A stretch of DNA of 64,000 bases, taken from the NCBI GenBank assembly GCA_010093995.1, contig ML992505.1:1381147-1445146 (forward strand). Direction: 5' to 3'. This stretch comes from Elsinoe ampelina. Taxonomy: Eukaryota. Numbering within the stretch: position 1 is the stretch's first letter; each line of letters starts with the position of its first letter. Below the pieces are notes generated by a model. That model made no database searches. It had not been told where the DNA came from and was given only the letters and a program-made list of their open reading frames with translations. Shown here in pieces: positions 52,209 to 64,000 of this stretch. A program made the position numbers and the translations under genes.

Positions 52209-52617
52209 TCTGCGGGCTGAGGCATCGCTTATCAACGAAATGATCACGACAGTCAGGCAGGGAAACGGCGTTGGTGTTCAATGGAGCTGTTCAATTCTCC
52301 TTGCTTGATCTAGCAGCATTAAAGCGCGTTTGCTACAGGACATGATATCCCCTTTCAGAGCAGAATGAATGATGTTCTTCTTCACTGGTCCAACAGTGTG
52401 GTACGTGTGCCGTGCTCGACCTCGACTGCAGACTGGTACTGTACATTGCAGCTATCCCTGCCCAGACAAGCTAATTTATCACACAAGAATTGAACCTTCC
52501 CCTGCTCTCTCTACTCCTCCCTACAATTACACCTCGAATCCTTCCACCCTATTCTCCCCACGCGTGTCCCCCTTCCATCCTCGCAATCCCCCCTTCCCCT
52601 TCCTTCTCATACCGAAT

Positions 52618-53907
52618 CTACTGCCCCTTCTTCCCCTTCCCCTTCCCCTTCCCCTTCCCCTGTCCCTTCCCCTTCCCCTTGGCCGGCGCGCTCGTCACCA
52701 CCGCCGCAGCAGTGGTAGTCTTGTTCCCTTTACCGCCTTTACCCTTACCCTTACCACCTGCAGCAGCCACGGCTGTCGGAGTGGGTGCCGGTGCGGTGGT
52801 GGTGGTGACTTTGCCGCCTTTACCCTTGCCCTTCCCTGCCGCCGCGCCGGTGCCGGTACCTTTGCCGTTCTTCCCTTTCTTGCCGTTGCCGCTGCCGTTG
52901 CCGGCGCCTTTGGCTGTGCCTGCGCCCTTGCCTTTGCCGGCCTTGCCCTTGTCTTTACCCTTGCCTTTCCCTGTCGCGGCGGCTGCTGGGGCGGTGGTTT
53001 TGTGGGGTGTCTTCTTCGCTTGGGCGCCGCGGAAGCCGTTCTCGAGATCTGTATCGTCGGGGAGCTCGGTTCCGCAGTCGTCGTCTGGAGCGCAGGTGGA
53101 GGAGGGAGTTGGTGCGGCGGTGGTGGTGGCGTTGTGGGATGCGGTGGGGGTGACGCTGGGAGTGGAAGGGGAGTCAGAGCCGTTGTCGTCGGAGCCGTCG
53201 TCCCAGCTGTCGTCGTCGTCGTCCCAGGAGTCATCGTCGTCGTCCCAGGAGTCATCGTCGTCGTCGCCGTTGTCGTTCCATCCGTCGTCGTCTTGGTCTT
53301 CGTCTGCGTCCGGGTCGTAGCCGGGGCCGTACCCGTAGTCCCAATCGTAGTCCCACGAGTCGTCGTCGTCGCCGCTGTCGCCCCAGATGTCGTCGGTGCC
53401 GTCCCACGAGGAGCCGGAGCCGTGACCGTGACCATGACCGGAGCCGGAGCCAGAGCTGGAGCCGTCGGATGACCAGTCGTAGTCGTAGTCATCGTCGTCC
53501 TCGTCGTCCTCGTCGTCCTCGTCGTCCTCGTCGTCCTCGTCGTCCTCGTCCTCGTCCCAGCTGTAGTCATCGTCATCATCGTCGTCGTCCCAGCTGTAGT
53601 CGTCGTCGTCGTCGTCCTCATCGTACCACGAATCATCGTCGTTGGGATCGAGCCAGTAATAGTCATCGTCATCGTCGTGACGGCTACCTTTGCCTTTGCC
53701 CTTGTGCTTGGACACGCCAGTCTTGGCGGTGTCGTCGGAGCGGGCGACGAGTGCGCTGTTGCTCACGGCATTGTCAGCCGCAGCAGCTTCATGCTGTGCG
53801 AGTGAGAGCTCGGGATACTCGAAGCCTGCGCGGCGACCAGGGAGGACTACTCTGGCTGCGACGATGTGCACGGCAGCGAGGAGGGTAAGAGGGATGTTGA
53901 CCTTCAT
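52618..53907 (-). CDS. Secreted low-complexity protein with an Asp/Trp-rich half and a Gly/Lys-rich half
   Basis: 429-aa ORF with signal peptide, SWDDDDD repeats and a GKGK-repeat C-terminus. Confidence 0.75.
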   Translation of the reverse strand: MKVNIPLTLLAAVHIVAARVVLPGRRAGFEYPELSLAQHEAAAADNAVSNSALVARSDDTAKTGVSKHKGKGKGSRHDDDDDYYWLDPNDDDSWYDEDDDDDDYSWDDDDDDDDYSWDEDEDDEDDEDDEDDEDDEDDDDYDYDWSSDGSSSGSGSGHGHGHGSGSSWDGTDDIWGDSGDDDDSWDYDWDYGYGPGYDPDADEDQDDDGWNDNGDDDDDSWDDDDDSWDDDDDSWDDGSDDNGSDSPSTPSVTPTASHNATTTAAPTPSSTCAPDDDCGTELPDDTDLENGFRGAQAKKTPHKTTAPAAAATGKGKGKDKGKAGKGKGAGTAKGAGNGSGNGKKGKNGKGTGTGAAAGKGKGKGGKVTTTTAPAPTPTAVAAAGGKGKGKGGKGNKTTTAAAVVTSAPAKGKGKGQGKGKGKGKGKKGQ

Positions 53908-55098
53908 GGTGGACTTTGTGGAACTGGATGAGAAGCCTGGTGGGCCTACCTGGATAGCTCAAGACACATATATACAATCTCTGCGCGAGGCAATGTGTCG
54001 AGGCTGCTCTGAGAGATTAGATTTCGATAACAGTTACAACGTTCTAGGAACGCCTCTGGCAGTGGGCAAGTTTGCCATGCTGTACCAAGTGTCAAGCAAC
54101 GGTTGACAGCTGCGACATGCTCCAAGTAGACATCGCCGGCGAATTGGAGTTTGATCGCGTTGTCTCATGACTGATGGACAGTTGACAGAGGTGCTGAGTG
54201 GTCCAGAGAGCGAGACATTGCAAAGCCACCACGACCGTTGATTGCTGTTTTCGACCACGTTGTTGACACGAGCTGCCCAGCTCATTGGCACTGGAGACAA
54301 GATCTCTCGAGAACGTCCGTTGAGGCTTGTGGTGGGTCTTGTGTGAGAAGAGAAGCTGAAGTGAACACCTGGAGTTCAGAATGACATGTGGCGGTGCACG
54401 CTATCGAATGCCGTTGTGGCGTACAAGTGCCGACAACACCACATGGGAGAGAGACCGTTGACAGTGTCTAGCCACACTGTCACTTGGTTTTCCATACTGA
54501 TCAAATCGAGAATGAGGCAATTCAAGTGCTATGAGACAGGTTCTGCTCGAAACGATAGATAGTATTAGGCTTTAATACCATCTACCAAAACTTCTCGATA
54601 TGCATGTAATGCTCGTTGACTATCCAAGCACTGGTCCTTTTACCCGAGCGCGTGATCTGACGGTCTCTCGGCCGTCCAATGCTTAAGCAACTTCTGGCCT
54701 GACATTCCCAGGCATGGCAGCACGTTGACAGAGGCTGTGCTTGTTTTGGGCGACTTAGATCTCCCGTACCAATCTTGAATATGTAAGGGCTACTGTAGCG
54801 TCAGCTTTCATGTTAGAGCCTATGCTGTCTCGGGGCAGATTAAAAGGCTGGTCAAAGGACGTAGCAATCAGAGCAGACAAAGGGAAGAATTTGCTATACT
54901 ATATGGCCCAACTCTACCACTCTAAACACTTCAACTTTCGAATTCCGTGCATAACGGACGACCGCTACAGATGGACATGAGCTGATTCCAAGTTTCGGCA
55001 GCCAACTTTTCCATAGAAAGTGCAGCAAATCTCATGCGATCGTGGCAAAAGTATTCAACTGAAATCACGATTCAGGAACGTTAGACAAGAGGCTAAGG

Positions 55099-55490
55099 CA
55101 CTTACAGCAGGTACTTACAGTCGTGCAGGTACTTATAGTCGAACAGGCACTTACAGTCGAACAGGTACTTACAGTCGAACAGGTACTTACAGTCGAACAG
55201 GNNNNNNNNNNNNNNNNNNNNNNNNNNNNNNNNNNNNNNNNNNNNNNNNNNNNNNNNNNNNNNNNNNNNNNNNNNNNNNNNNNNNNNNNNNNNNNNNNNN
55301 NNNNNNNNNNNNNNNNNNNNNNNNNNNNNNNNNNNNNNNNNNNNNNNNNNNNNNNNNNNNNNNNNNACTTACAGTCGAACAGGTACTTACAGTCGAACAG
55401 GTACTTACAGTCGAACAGGTACTTACAGTCGAACAGGTACTTACAGTCGAACAGGTACTTATAGTCAAATAGGTACCTACAGTCGAACAT
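55099..55490. repeat. 18-bp tandem repeat (ACTTACAGTCGAACAGGT)n spanning an assembly gap
   Basis: About a dozen visible units, some degenerate, on both sides of the N run at 55202-55366. Confidence 0.95.
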
Positions 55491-55525
55491 GATGATCAAA
55501 AACTCTAAAAAGTTTTGCAAAAAAG

Positions 55526-55617
55526 TCTCCGCTCCCAGAATCGAACTAGGGACCTTTCGATGGCAGCAATGCTGAGACAATTACAGTCGAACGTGATGAA
55601 CCAACTACACCACTGAG
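55526..55617 (-). tRNA. tRNA-Tyr(GTA) with a 19-nt intron; possibly a pseudogene
   Basis: D arm, TTCGA-CTGTAA[intron 55562-55580]A-TCGAA anticodon arm, CCTAG-TTCGATT-CTGGG T arm, 73 nt spliced, followed by a T run. Two mismatches in the acceptor stem. Confidence 0.88.
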
Positions 55618-57022
55618 GTAGGATTAGTACTCTAATCCTGCTGTACAAGACACTCGGGTCAACTTACAGCGGAGGTTATGATAGTGAAGCGGCGTCAAAC
55701 AAATATGTTCTCAGCTTTTCAACCTTGAGCTCGATCGTTCGATCTGGCGTATCAGGGAGGCCAGTAGACATTTGCCTTCATGTCAAGCGGACTCAGCTTG
55801 TCGCAAGTGGGTGACCTGGAATTGAGACGCACAAAGGGCGAGGAACCTTTGCTCCACGCTTGTCCGATGTTATTCGCCATGTCAGAATCCTGGTCGCATT
55901 TGCTAAGACCAACCGCCAACGCAGACGAGGCAACCTACGACTAGCACCAACCTGTCTCGCTGCGCATCACTGTCAGCAGATGTGTTATCAGCTGTCAGCT
56001 CATGTCAAGGGACAAGCTGCGTAAATCCGCAGGCGTGGCTCGGGAAGCCGCGGCGAAAAGGCCGATGGTTGGTGGGCATCGCCATGTTCAGTGGAAGAAG
56101 CAAAACACGTGGAGGCTTCGACTGTTGCGAGCTGGTGGAAACGGTCATGTCATCGTGAGTATGTATCTCTTTTCCAAGCTCCTATCTGTCGCATGCCATC
56201 AAAAGAGGTCACCTGCAAGCATCACCACATGGCAGCTTCCTGTTTTCGTGACTGCGAACCAGCGGTAGGCTGACCCTAATTGTGAAATTCCCATGTTTCA
56301 CTTGTTTCGATTGGTCGGATCGTGTGGGTGACAAAAGTCCGGCTCATGACGATCAACCTTTGGCGTGGAACTAAATCTGCTAAATCTGCCCTCTCCCGAC
56401 AGAGCCGCGCCAAGTAGATTCGAAAGAGCGCAAAGTCAAGCGACCAAGAAAGGTCAAAGACGGAGCGAGGGCAGATCACGCTTGTCCGGTTGGCTGTTTC
56501 GAGCAAATAATCTAGCTCACCGTGCCGCGGAGTGCTGCCAAAAGTCCGGGAGAGCGAGTTGATGGGGTTTCCAAACTCGCTAACCGCGCTTTCTTGGCCG
56601 GCCACTGCAGCTCGCCTCCAGCTCTCTGGCAGGCTCAGGTCTCTCACACGCTCCGCCGACCGAGCGCACGTCCACTGTCCCGACGAAGCCACATCTTTAT
56701 CCCATACCTCATCACTTGACCGTCGTCATATCTCCTACACCCACATCCTCGACCACTCGCTTACCTTCGCGACCGACGCGATTCGACTCGGAAAACACCT
56801 CTCCTCCGATGCGCACCGTTTTGGACTGATGATCTCCACGCCTCGAGCTTCAGCGCACCACCTCTCTCCGAACCGGACGGCAGCTGCGTTCTGCCTCAAT
56901 CACGTCCGACCAGGCTTTGCGAATCGATCAGACCACGCGAAAGAGGTGTCATAATCAACTTGGAAATTGAAAAACTGGCCATTTGCATTACATGAGCTTG
57001 GCGGCACAGTCCTGCTCCGGCG

Positions 57023-60000
57023 ATGAGTGGATACAATAATCTCTTCTCGTTCGATGAACAGGAAATGAACAATATGGATCAAAGTCGACATAACTCGATG
57101 ATTGGGAATGTCAACGGCATGAACTCACCAGCCATGATGCAAGGACAATCACTCGACGATATTGTGGATCAAAATGCAAAGATGATAAGGAGACAATCCA
57201 TGCCTCAGTAATTTTCCCGTCAACGGAGCCACACTGACATGGGAGGGATGGGCAACATGATGGAGTTTTCGAGTGGGAGCCCCGCAGGTCCTCTGGAGAA
57301 CTTCAACTTTGATCCATCAACAACGCTCGATCAAGATACGTCAGGAAACCTCGTTCCCCGGACACACGGACCCAATAGGTCAAGCTTGAAGAAGCAACAA
57401 TCGGCCCACAACTTGTCTGGAATGGGGTCGCCGTATCCCCCACAACTAAATTCAGCATATTCGTCAATGATGAGCAGTAATTATCAATCACCGGCGCATG
57501 GTAGTGGAAATGTGGACATGGATATGAACAGCCCCTTTGTCAATCAGCAAATGGGCATGAACCTGGATCAATTCGGCGACTCGCATCTCACACCCATGAA
57601 CAGCACTGGTGCGAATCAGCTAAGTGCTTACAGCAATCCTTCACCGTATCAAACGTCAATGATGAACTCGCCAATGAATGTCGCAAGTATGGCAAGCTCA
57701 ATACACGGGCCAACAACAAATGATCCTGGTGGAGGACAAGGTCATGATGGTAGAAGGTCAACATACGGCGGTGGTGGAAATTCGGTACGTCGCAATTCGA
57801 TGGATTCTCAGCTTCGCCACCCGTCAAGAAGTCAAAGCATGAACATGGCTCCACAAGCCCCTCGTTCTCAATATTCTCAACATAGCCATCTTTCTCAGTC
57901 TCAACACTCACAACCATCACCCGCCCATGTCATTGCCCAGCATGAGCATAATCCGCAATTCACTGCTCAGCCGCAGAACCCTCAACGGGGTTCCTTCCAG
58001 GACAAAGGAATGAATGATCGGACAGTCAATTCATTACCTGACAATTTCGACCCCACCAAACACAATCCGAATAACCAGAACTTTCCATGGGAATCTCCAG
58101 AGGGCGGTTGGCCTTCGACCATGATCGGTCGACCACACATGCAATCTGTCTACAAGAATGCATATTCGTCGACTGGTTTTGATATGCTGGGTGTACTCAT
58201 GCGAGTCGCCACACGAACGAAGCCGGAGATCAGTCTTGGATCTGTGGATTTGTCGTGCGCTTTTGTGGTTTGCGATGCCGAGAAGGATGACTTCCCTATC
58301 ATCTACTGTTCAGACAATTTCGAGCGCCTTACAGGATATACTCGACACATGATTCTCGGACGAAATTGTAGATTCCTGCAATCACCGGACGGAAATGTTG
58401 CGCCGGGCGTGAAGCGAAAATATGTCGACGATGACTCGGTACTCTACCTCAAGAACATGATCAATGCACGGCGAGAGGCGCAAATCTCGCTGATTAACTA
58501 TCGGCGAGGAGGGCAGCCATTCATGAATCTGTTGACTATGATTCCCATCACTTGGGATACAGATCAGGTAAAATTCTTTGTTGGGTTCCAGGTCGATTTG
58601 GTCGAGCAGCCCAACGCAGTCACAAACAAGAATCCGGGTGAGCACTGCCCAAATTTACTGACCGCATTCACTAAACTTTGCAGATGGCTCGTACACCGTC
58701 AACTACCAACGTGGCATGGCCATGCCCAGATACGTCATGAATGCACCCGAATCGACAGGCCGAGCAGAACTTGGACAAACGATACCGAGGGACGATGTCT
58801 CTGCTATTCTCAGCACCATAGGTACTGGAGAGTCGGAGTATGCCAAGCGCATGTGGGACAAGGTCTTGCTCGAAAACACAGATGATGTCGTACATGTACT
58901 TTCACTCAAGGGTCTCTTCCAATGGGTATCGCCATCGGCCCTTCGAGTACTCGAATACGAACCTGGCGAGCTTATTGGGTCAGCTCTTTCATCCGTCTGC
59001 CATCCGTCAGACATTGTCCCTGTCACGCGAGAACTCAAAGATACCTCGACAGGTGCAGCTGTCAATGTAGTCTTCCGAATTCGACGAAAGAACAGCGGCT
59101 ACATGTGGTTCGAAGGTCACGGATCGCTTCATACCGAGCAGGGCAAGGGTCGCAAATCGATCATCATGGTTGGTAGGGAACGGCCTGTGTATGCTCTCAG
59201 CAAAGTTGATATCGCCGCCAACAGTGGGATTGGTGAATACGAGCTCTGGACGAAGATGTCGACTTCTGGCATGTTTCTCTTCGTCTCTTCGAATGTTCGG
59301 CAATTACTGGACCGGCAGCCTGAAGAGCTTACAGGTGTCAGTATCCAATCATTGATGCGGTCAGACTCCAAGCATGACTTTGCACGTATCCTGGAGCTGG
59401 CGAGGACAGGCAAGAAAGCCTCGGTCAAACACGAAATGATCAATAGGCGTGGTCAGGTCTTGCAAGCTTTCACAACGCTGTATCCTGGCGATGCGACAGA
59501 GGGTCTCAAGCCTACATTTATTGTGGCGCAAACCAGGTTGATCAAGTACTCACGGAACAGCACCTCGACCAAGCCAGCAACTGTATCGAAGGAGAAGAGT
59601 GCGTCTGATTCTGGCAACCCGACGCCAAATCATCTTGCGATCACACACGGCAGTCAAGGCGGGAGCACGCCATCACGAGCGACTCCTCACTACGTATCGA
59701 CAGATGTCGCTGCGGCGACCTACGCTGGTCAAAATGGTTTACCTGTCGGTCGACAAGATGCCACGCTCGCTTCGGAGGACAACCTCTTTGAAGAGCTCAA
59801 GACCACAAAGTCATCGTCGTGGCAGTATGAGATCAGACAATTGGAGAAGCGAAACAGACTTCTTGCCGAAGAAGTTCAGTCGTTATTGGCGGCGAAGAAG
59901 AAGAGAAAGAGGAGAAAGGGTGCAGGCATGCAGCAGAAAGATTGTGCCAATTGTCACACTAGGGTGACGCCTGAATGGAGAAGAGGCCCGAGTGGTCAGA

Positions 60001-60379
60001 GAGATTTGTGCAACTCTTGTGGTCTCAGATGGGCAAAGCTGGTAAGACTTGCATGACCGGCAGATTGCGATGGGCAGTCACTGACTAGATGTAGAATGGC
60101 CGTGTCTCACCTAGGACCTCATCACAGCACTCGAAGCATTCGGGTGATGCAGCTTCAGACAAAGCATCGAAAGCTTCAGCCTCACCACGCGGATCTATTG
60201 TCAAGCCCGAGACTGGAAATGGCGGCAACCCCTCGATTTCTACGACACTTGCCAATGCAAGTCATAGCAACATGCCACACGCCTCGCCCACTCAACGACA
60301 AGGCGAGAGTCACGCTTCACACATGGAGGGTGCTGAAGGGGTACCCGAAAAGATCGAGGAAGGTATTGAGCCGGACTAG
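57023..60379 (+). CDS. wc-1: White collar-1 blue-light receptor (LOV, PAS, GATA zinc finger); in-frame TAA at 57209-57211
   Basis: [23 protein letters not shown] domains and [30 protein letters not shown]. Introns at 58638-58683 and 60042-60095. Confidence 0.95.
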
Positions 60380-61259
60380 GCTTCAACCTTCGCAGCACCA
60401 TCGCTGGACGACGTTGCGAATCTGCACTGCCGGATAAGCCGCCGAGCGGCCAACAACTTTTCTTCTTTCCTTTGAGCAACAAACCTGCCTATATGACAAT
60501 TTACAACCATGTACGACCATTTCAATTACGACCTCTGGACTTGGAAGATTGATTGATACCCCTGGTACGCCACGTTTTACTGTCTATACTACTTTTACCC
60601 GGAGCGAAGGGGCTTTGGAGTGTTGTACGAGAAAGTACATGGGAGATGTCCCCCCCGGGTCAAGACTTCCTGATACTGTGATCAGTCGCACCGCAAATGC
60701 CGGGCTGCATGAGCCACAGGACATATGAGCCTAGTATCAGGAGACAAACACCACGTACAGATAGATCAGATGATGAGAGAATATGATTGTATTCGAACAA
60801 GACCATGTACACTATAAGGGTTCTAGTGCACCTCTAGCATAAGCCATGGACAGCCCGGACATGCAATACACCGACTTGTCTCCATCCAGCAGGTACTTTT
60901 CCTCCACTACCCGAGATTCTGCCATATCAACATGGAGATCTCATCCAGGTGCGGTCGGATTGACCCCAGAGATGTACAGACCGCGTGCGGGGAAAGCAGG
61001 CCTTTCGCTTTCTTCACATCTCCGCCGCGATGGCTGCCATTCATGCTTTGTGTCTCCGGCCATTCCGTGACTGGATCTATGCATGGCAAAGGTCGGGGAT
61101 GTGACGTAGGAGTGCGCGGATGTAAGGTGTAAGTCAAGCTTGTAGCTGCAGGTACATGAGAGCACACTCTCCATCGTGGCGAGGAGCTAAAAATCATCCC
61201 CTTTCAACCCAGAGCAGGTTCAGATCGCCATGATGGCAGCGACTTGATGTGCTACGCTA

Positions 61260-62266
61260 TTGATATCAATCCTCACGGTGGGAGCACAGCAGATCTACAT
61301 CGCGGTCCAAGGCCCATCAGCTCGACCACAATGCTCGAAGCACAACTTCTACGCTACAGCCACCCCTTTCTACACATTTCGTGACTTTAGCTTCACCAAT
61401 CGCGAAACAGTACGGACGGCTACCTCAGCTCCGGCCCCGACGACGACAACCCAGTATGCTCCACCTTATGAATCTCTGAGCACTTTGATGCCGGCCCAGA
61501 CTCCCACACGGTTGGGTAACTGGGATCCCACCTTCGGCCAACCCATCTTCCTCGGCCTCGACTACCCTTCCTCCTTCAAACCCTCCTTCCCAGAGTACAA
61601 CCCCCTCAACCCCTCTGACCTTTCCTACATAGCCCACACGGCCGACTTCCTCTCCATCCAACCCTACACCTCCACCATCATCTCCCCTCCATCAAAGAAA
61701 CCATCGCCTCCTGCGCCGCCAACATCACCTCCCCCTCCCACCCCTACTGCGTCACTCAATCCACCCTCACAACCACAGGCTGGAACATCGGCTACCGCAG
61801 CGAGACCTACGTCTATACCACGCCCACCTTCTTCCGGACCTACCTCAACTACCTCTGGGACACATTCAGGCTCCCGATCAGCGTGGCGGAATTCGGCTTC
61901 CCGGTAGCAGGGGAAGCGCAAAGAGACCTCGTAGACCAGCAATTCGATAGTCCGAGGAGTCAGTATTACACGAGCTATATGAGTGAGGGGCGCAAGGCGA
62001 TCTGGGAGGATGGGGTGAAGTGGGCGGGGGCTTGGGCGTGGAATTTTGCGGATAATTGGGAGTTCGGGAGTTATGAGGCGCAATTTGGGGTGCAGACTGT
62101 GAGCAGGACGACGATGGAGAGAGGGTATAAGAAGAACTTTTTGAGTTTGTGGTATTTGTTGAGGGCAGGAGGCAGAGGTAGAGGAAGGCGTGAGGTATTC
62201 ATGCTATTTTGTAGAAGACAGGGCAGACATGGTGATAGGGGTTTTGCTCCTTGGGATGGATCTTGA
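61260..62266 (+). pseudogene. GH1 beta-glucosidase remnant with internal deletion and frameshift
   Basis: N-terminal secreted-type region (to GNWDP) fused to FGQPIFLGLDYP..TADF..QPY; frameshift at ~61690; then AEFGFP and ADNWEFGSY..FG. No NEP acid/base motif. Confidence 0.8.
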
Positions 62267-62795
62267 GTGCTGGTGCTTGATGTGCATGAGGCTGATATGA
62301 AACATGATAAAAACTCGCACCGTGTCTAGCACACTAGCGTTTGTTACGGAATATCGAGTGTCTTACGCTGGGTGTTTGTCATCGCTTAGGTTTGAGTATA
62401 TCAGGTCTTCACCGCTTCGTCTGGGTATCGAGCGAGGTTTGAGTGAGTGGTTGACTCGAGCATCAAAACAGTGATGTCACCTTGCAGGTGATCATGCTTA
62501 TATAGAGTTGCACCGGATTCATTCAAGCTTTGGCTAGCCGAGCGGGAGGCGCGTAAATTTGCCAAAATTTTGACCTCGGGATATCAAAAAGTTTTGGACG
62601 TGGGGGGTTGAAGATTGGTCAACACTTAACGTAGAGAAGACCATAACAGCACTACAGTACGGCGGTGATTGAATACCATCCGAAGAATAGCAAAATTCAC
62701 TGGCAAACAGTCTCCGGTTCTATAGATACTTGGCCCGACAACTCTCCCTTTCCAGTTGCTGAGGATCCACACCGACATCGTGACAAGCGGCAAAC

Positions 62796-63599
62796 ATGCC
62801 ATCAGCACTCAACAAAGTCCAGAAGCGGATATCGAAGAAGCGAACATCAAAGCTCGGCAAGTCTTCATCACTCAACGCACTGCACGAGAACAGCCGCGAC
62901 GCACAACGAATCCGCAGAGCAGCAGCGAGAGACGAAAAAGTCATCCGCGGCGAACGAGAGCGAGAAAGGAAGAATGATCGATTCTGTAAGTGTCTTCACC
63001 ACTATCACAATCTTCCTGCTCCCTTCTTTTCCACCATGTTCCCAAGAACCAATATACTTCTTCCTCGCCACCATCCCAACCTTCCACCATTTGCCCCCCT
63101 CGCTTTCCACCACCACTAATCCACACCAGTAAAACGCCTCTCCCACATCCACGCCGCCCTCCGCCTCTCCCACCTCCAATCCCAAACCACCTCCCCTCCA
63201 ACCATGACCATCCCCGAACTCCACGCCCTCATCTCCTCCCTCCTCACAACCCACACCTCCGCCCTCGCAGCGCACATCTCCGCCCGCCGCCCAGGCCGCC
63301 CCAAGACCCGCGACCACGAGCGCGCCGAAGCCGAGCTCGCGGCCGAGGAAGCAGAGTATGAGAGTGGGTTTTGGATGGTGGATCTCCGGAAGGAGGAGAA
63401 TGTGAGGAGGTTTGAGAGGTGGGATGGGAAGTGGGAGGGGCTTGGAGGGGTGGAGTTTGTTAGGGTCAGGAGGAGGAGGGGAGGGGGAAAAGGAGAGGGG
63501 GGAGGGGAAGGGGGGATGGAGGGGGTGGAAGGAGGGGAGGGGGAGGGGTGGGAGGAGACGGTTGTGGGAAGTAGGTTTCCACCTACTGGGGCGGCTTGA
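62796..63599 (+). CDS. TMA16: Translation machinery-associated protein 16
   Basis: LHENSRDAQRIRRA..RDEK, RRPGRP and EYESGFW.DL....WDG...L. Intron at 62986-63129. Confidence 0.85.
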
Positions 63600-64000
63600 G
63601 GGGAGAGGGAATGTGGTCTTGCGCTGGAGAAATGGATGGGTGCGAGTGAGAGGGTGGGTGTGCTCTTGGGAGGATGGTTTCGGTGACAGGGCGCTAGCTA
63701 TCGCTGGTAGGAAGACGGTCTCGCGGGTGGTAGGATGTCATCGCTGGAAGAGTGGCATTGCTGATAGGACGACAGCGTTGTTGGTAGGATCAAGGCGGCT
63801 TGCATGCAATGGATTGACATGTTCGGAGAGACTAATTCAATTCAACGGCGCTATGACTACTACATTGCCCTTCCTTTGTATCTCGAGAGGCTTGAAAGGT
63901 ATAGCGAGAGGCGATGGGGTATTACTGGAGCTGCAAGGAGTGGTCTTGACAGGACTACGAGGAGGAGTCATAAAGAGGCTGCTCAGAGGAGCAAGATGAT

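Noticed and set aside
55099..55490. CRISPR-like array
   Set aside because: Units are head-to-tail with no unique spacers, there are no cas genes, and the context is eukaryotic. ORFs called across it are artefacts of the repeat and the N gap.

Overview
Filamentous ascomycete genomic DNA (probably a Dothideomycete; inferred from gene content, short CTRAC/YAG introns and RIP, not verified). Two gene-rich blocks flank a RIP-mutated transposon island at about 10.6-36.0 kb. The left block (1-10.5 kb) holds a PhoD phosphatase, an epoxide-hydrolase-like gene, an MFS transporter, a hypothetical membrane protein and a secreted heme peroxidase. The right block (36.5-64 kb) holds an OTT_1508-type deaminase, a Rossmann-fold gene, a Trk remnant, an acyl-protein thioesterase-like gene, VPS41, a DUF155/RMND1-like gene, EXO1, an acidic/basic secreted protein, tRNA-Tyr, wc-1, a GH1 remnant and TMA16. 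The island resolves by TIRs and TSDs into a four-level nest (pogo > pogo > Ty3/Gypsy chromovirus > hAT), plus three more pogo copies and two MITEs. Main observations: (1) the hAT carries an intron-containing histone H3 variant whose tail has canonical length but lacks K9, K14, K18, K23 and K36; (2) the Gypsy element carries a spliced antisense Cys-rich gene; (3) ten TAAGTTA/TAACTTA excision-footprint-like scars cluster at 29.1-36.5 kb, and removing them restores a host gene; (4) an 18-bp tandem array built from the tRNA-Tyr anticodon arm lies just downstream of that tRNA; (5) wc-1 has an in-frame stop near its 5' end. All calls come from reading the sequence by eye; no database searches were run.
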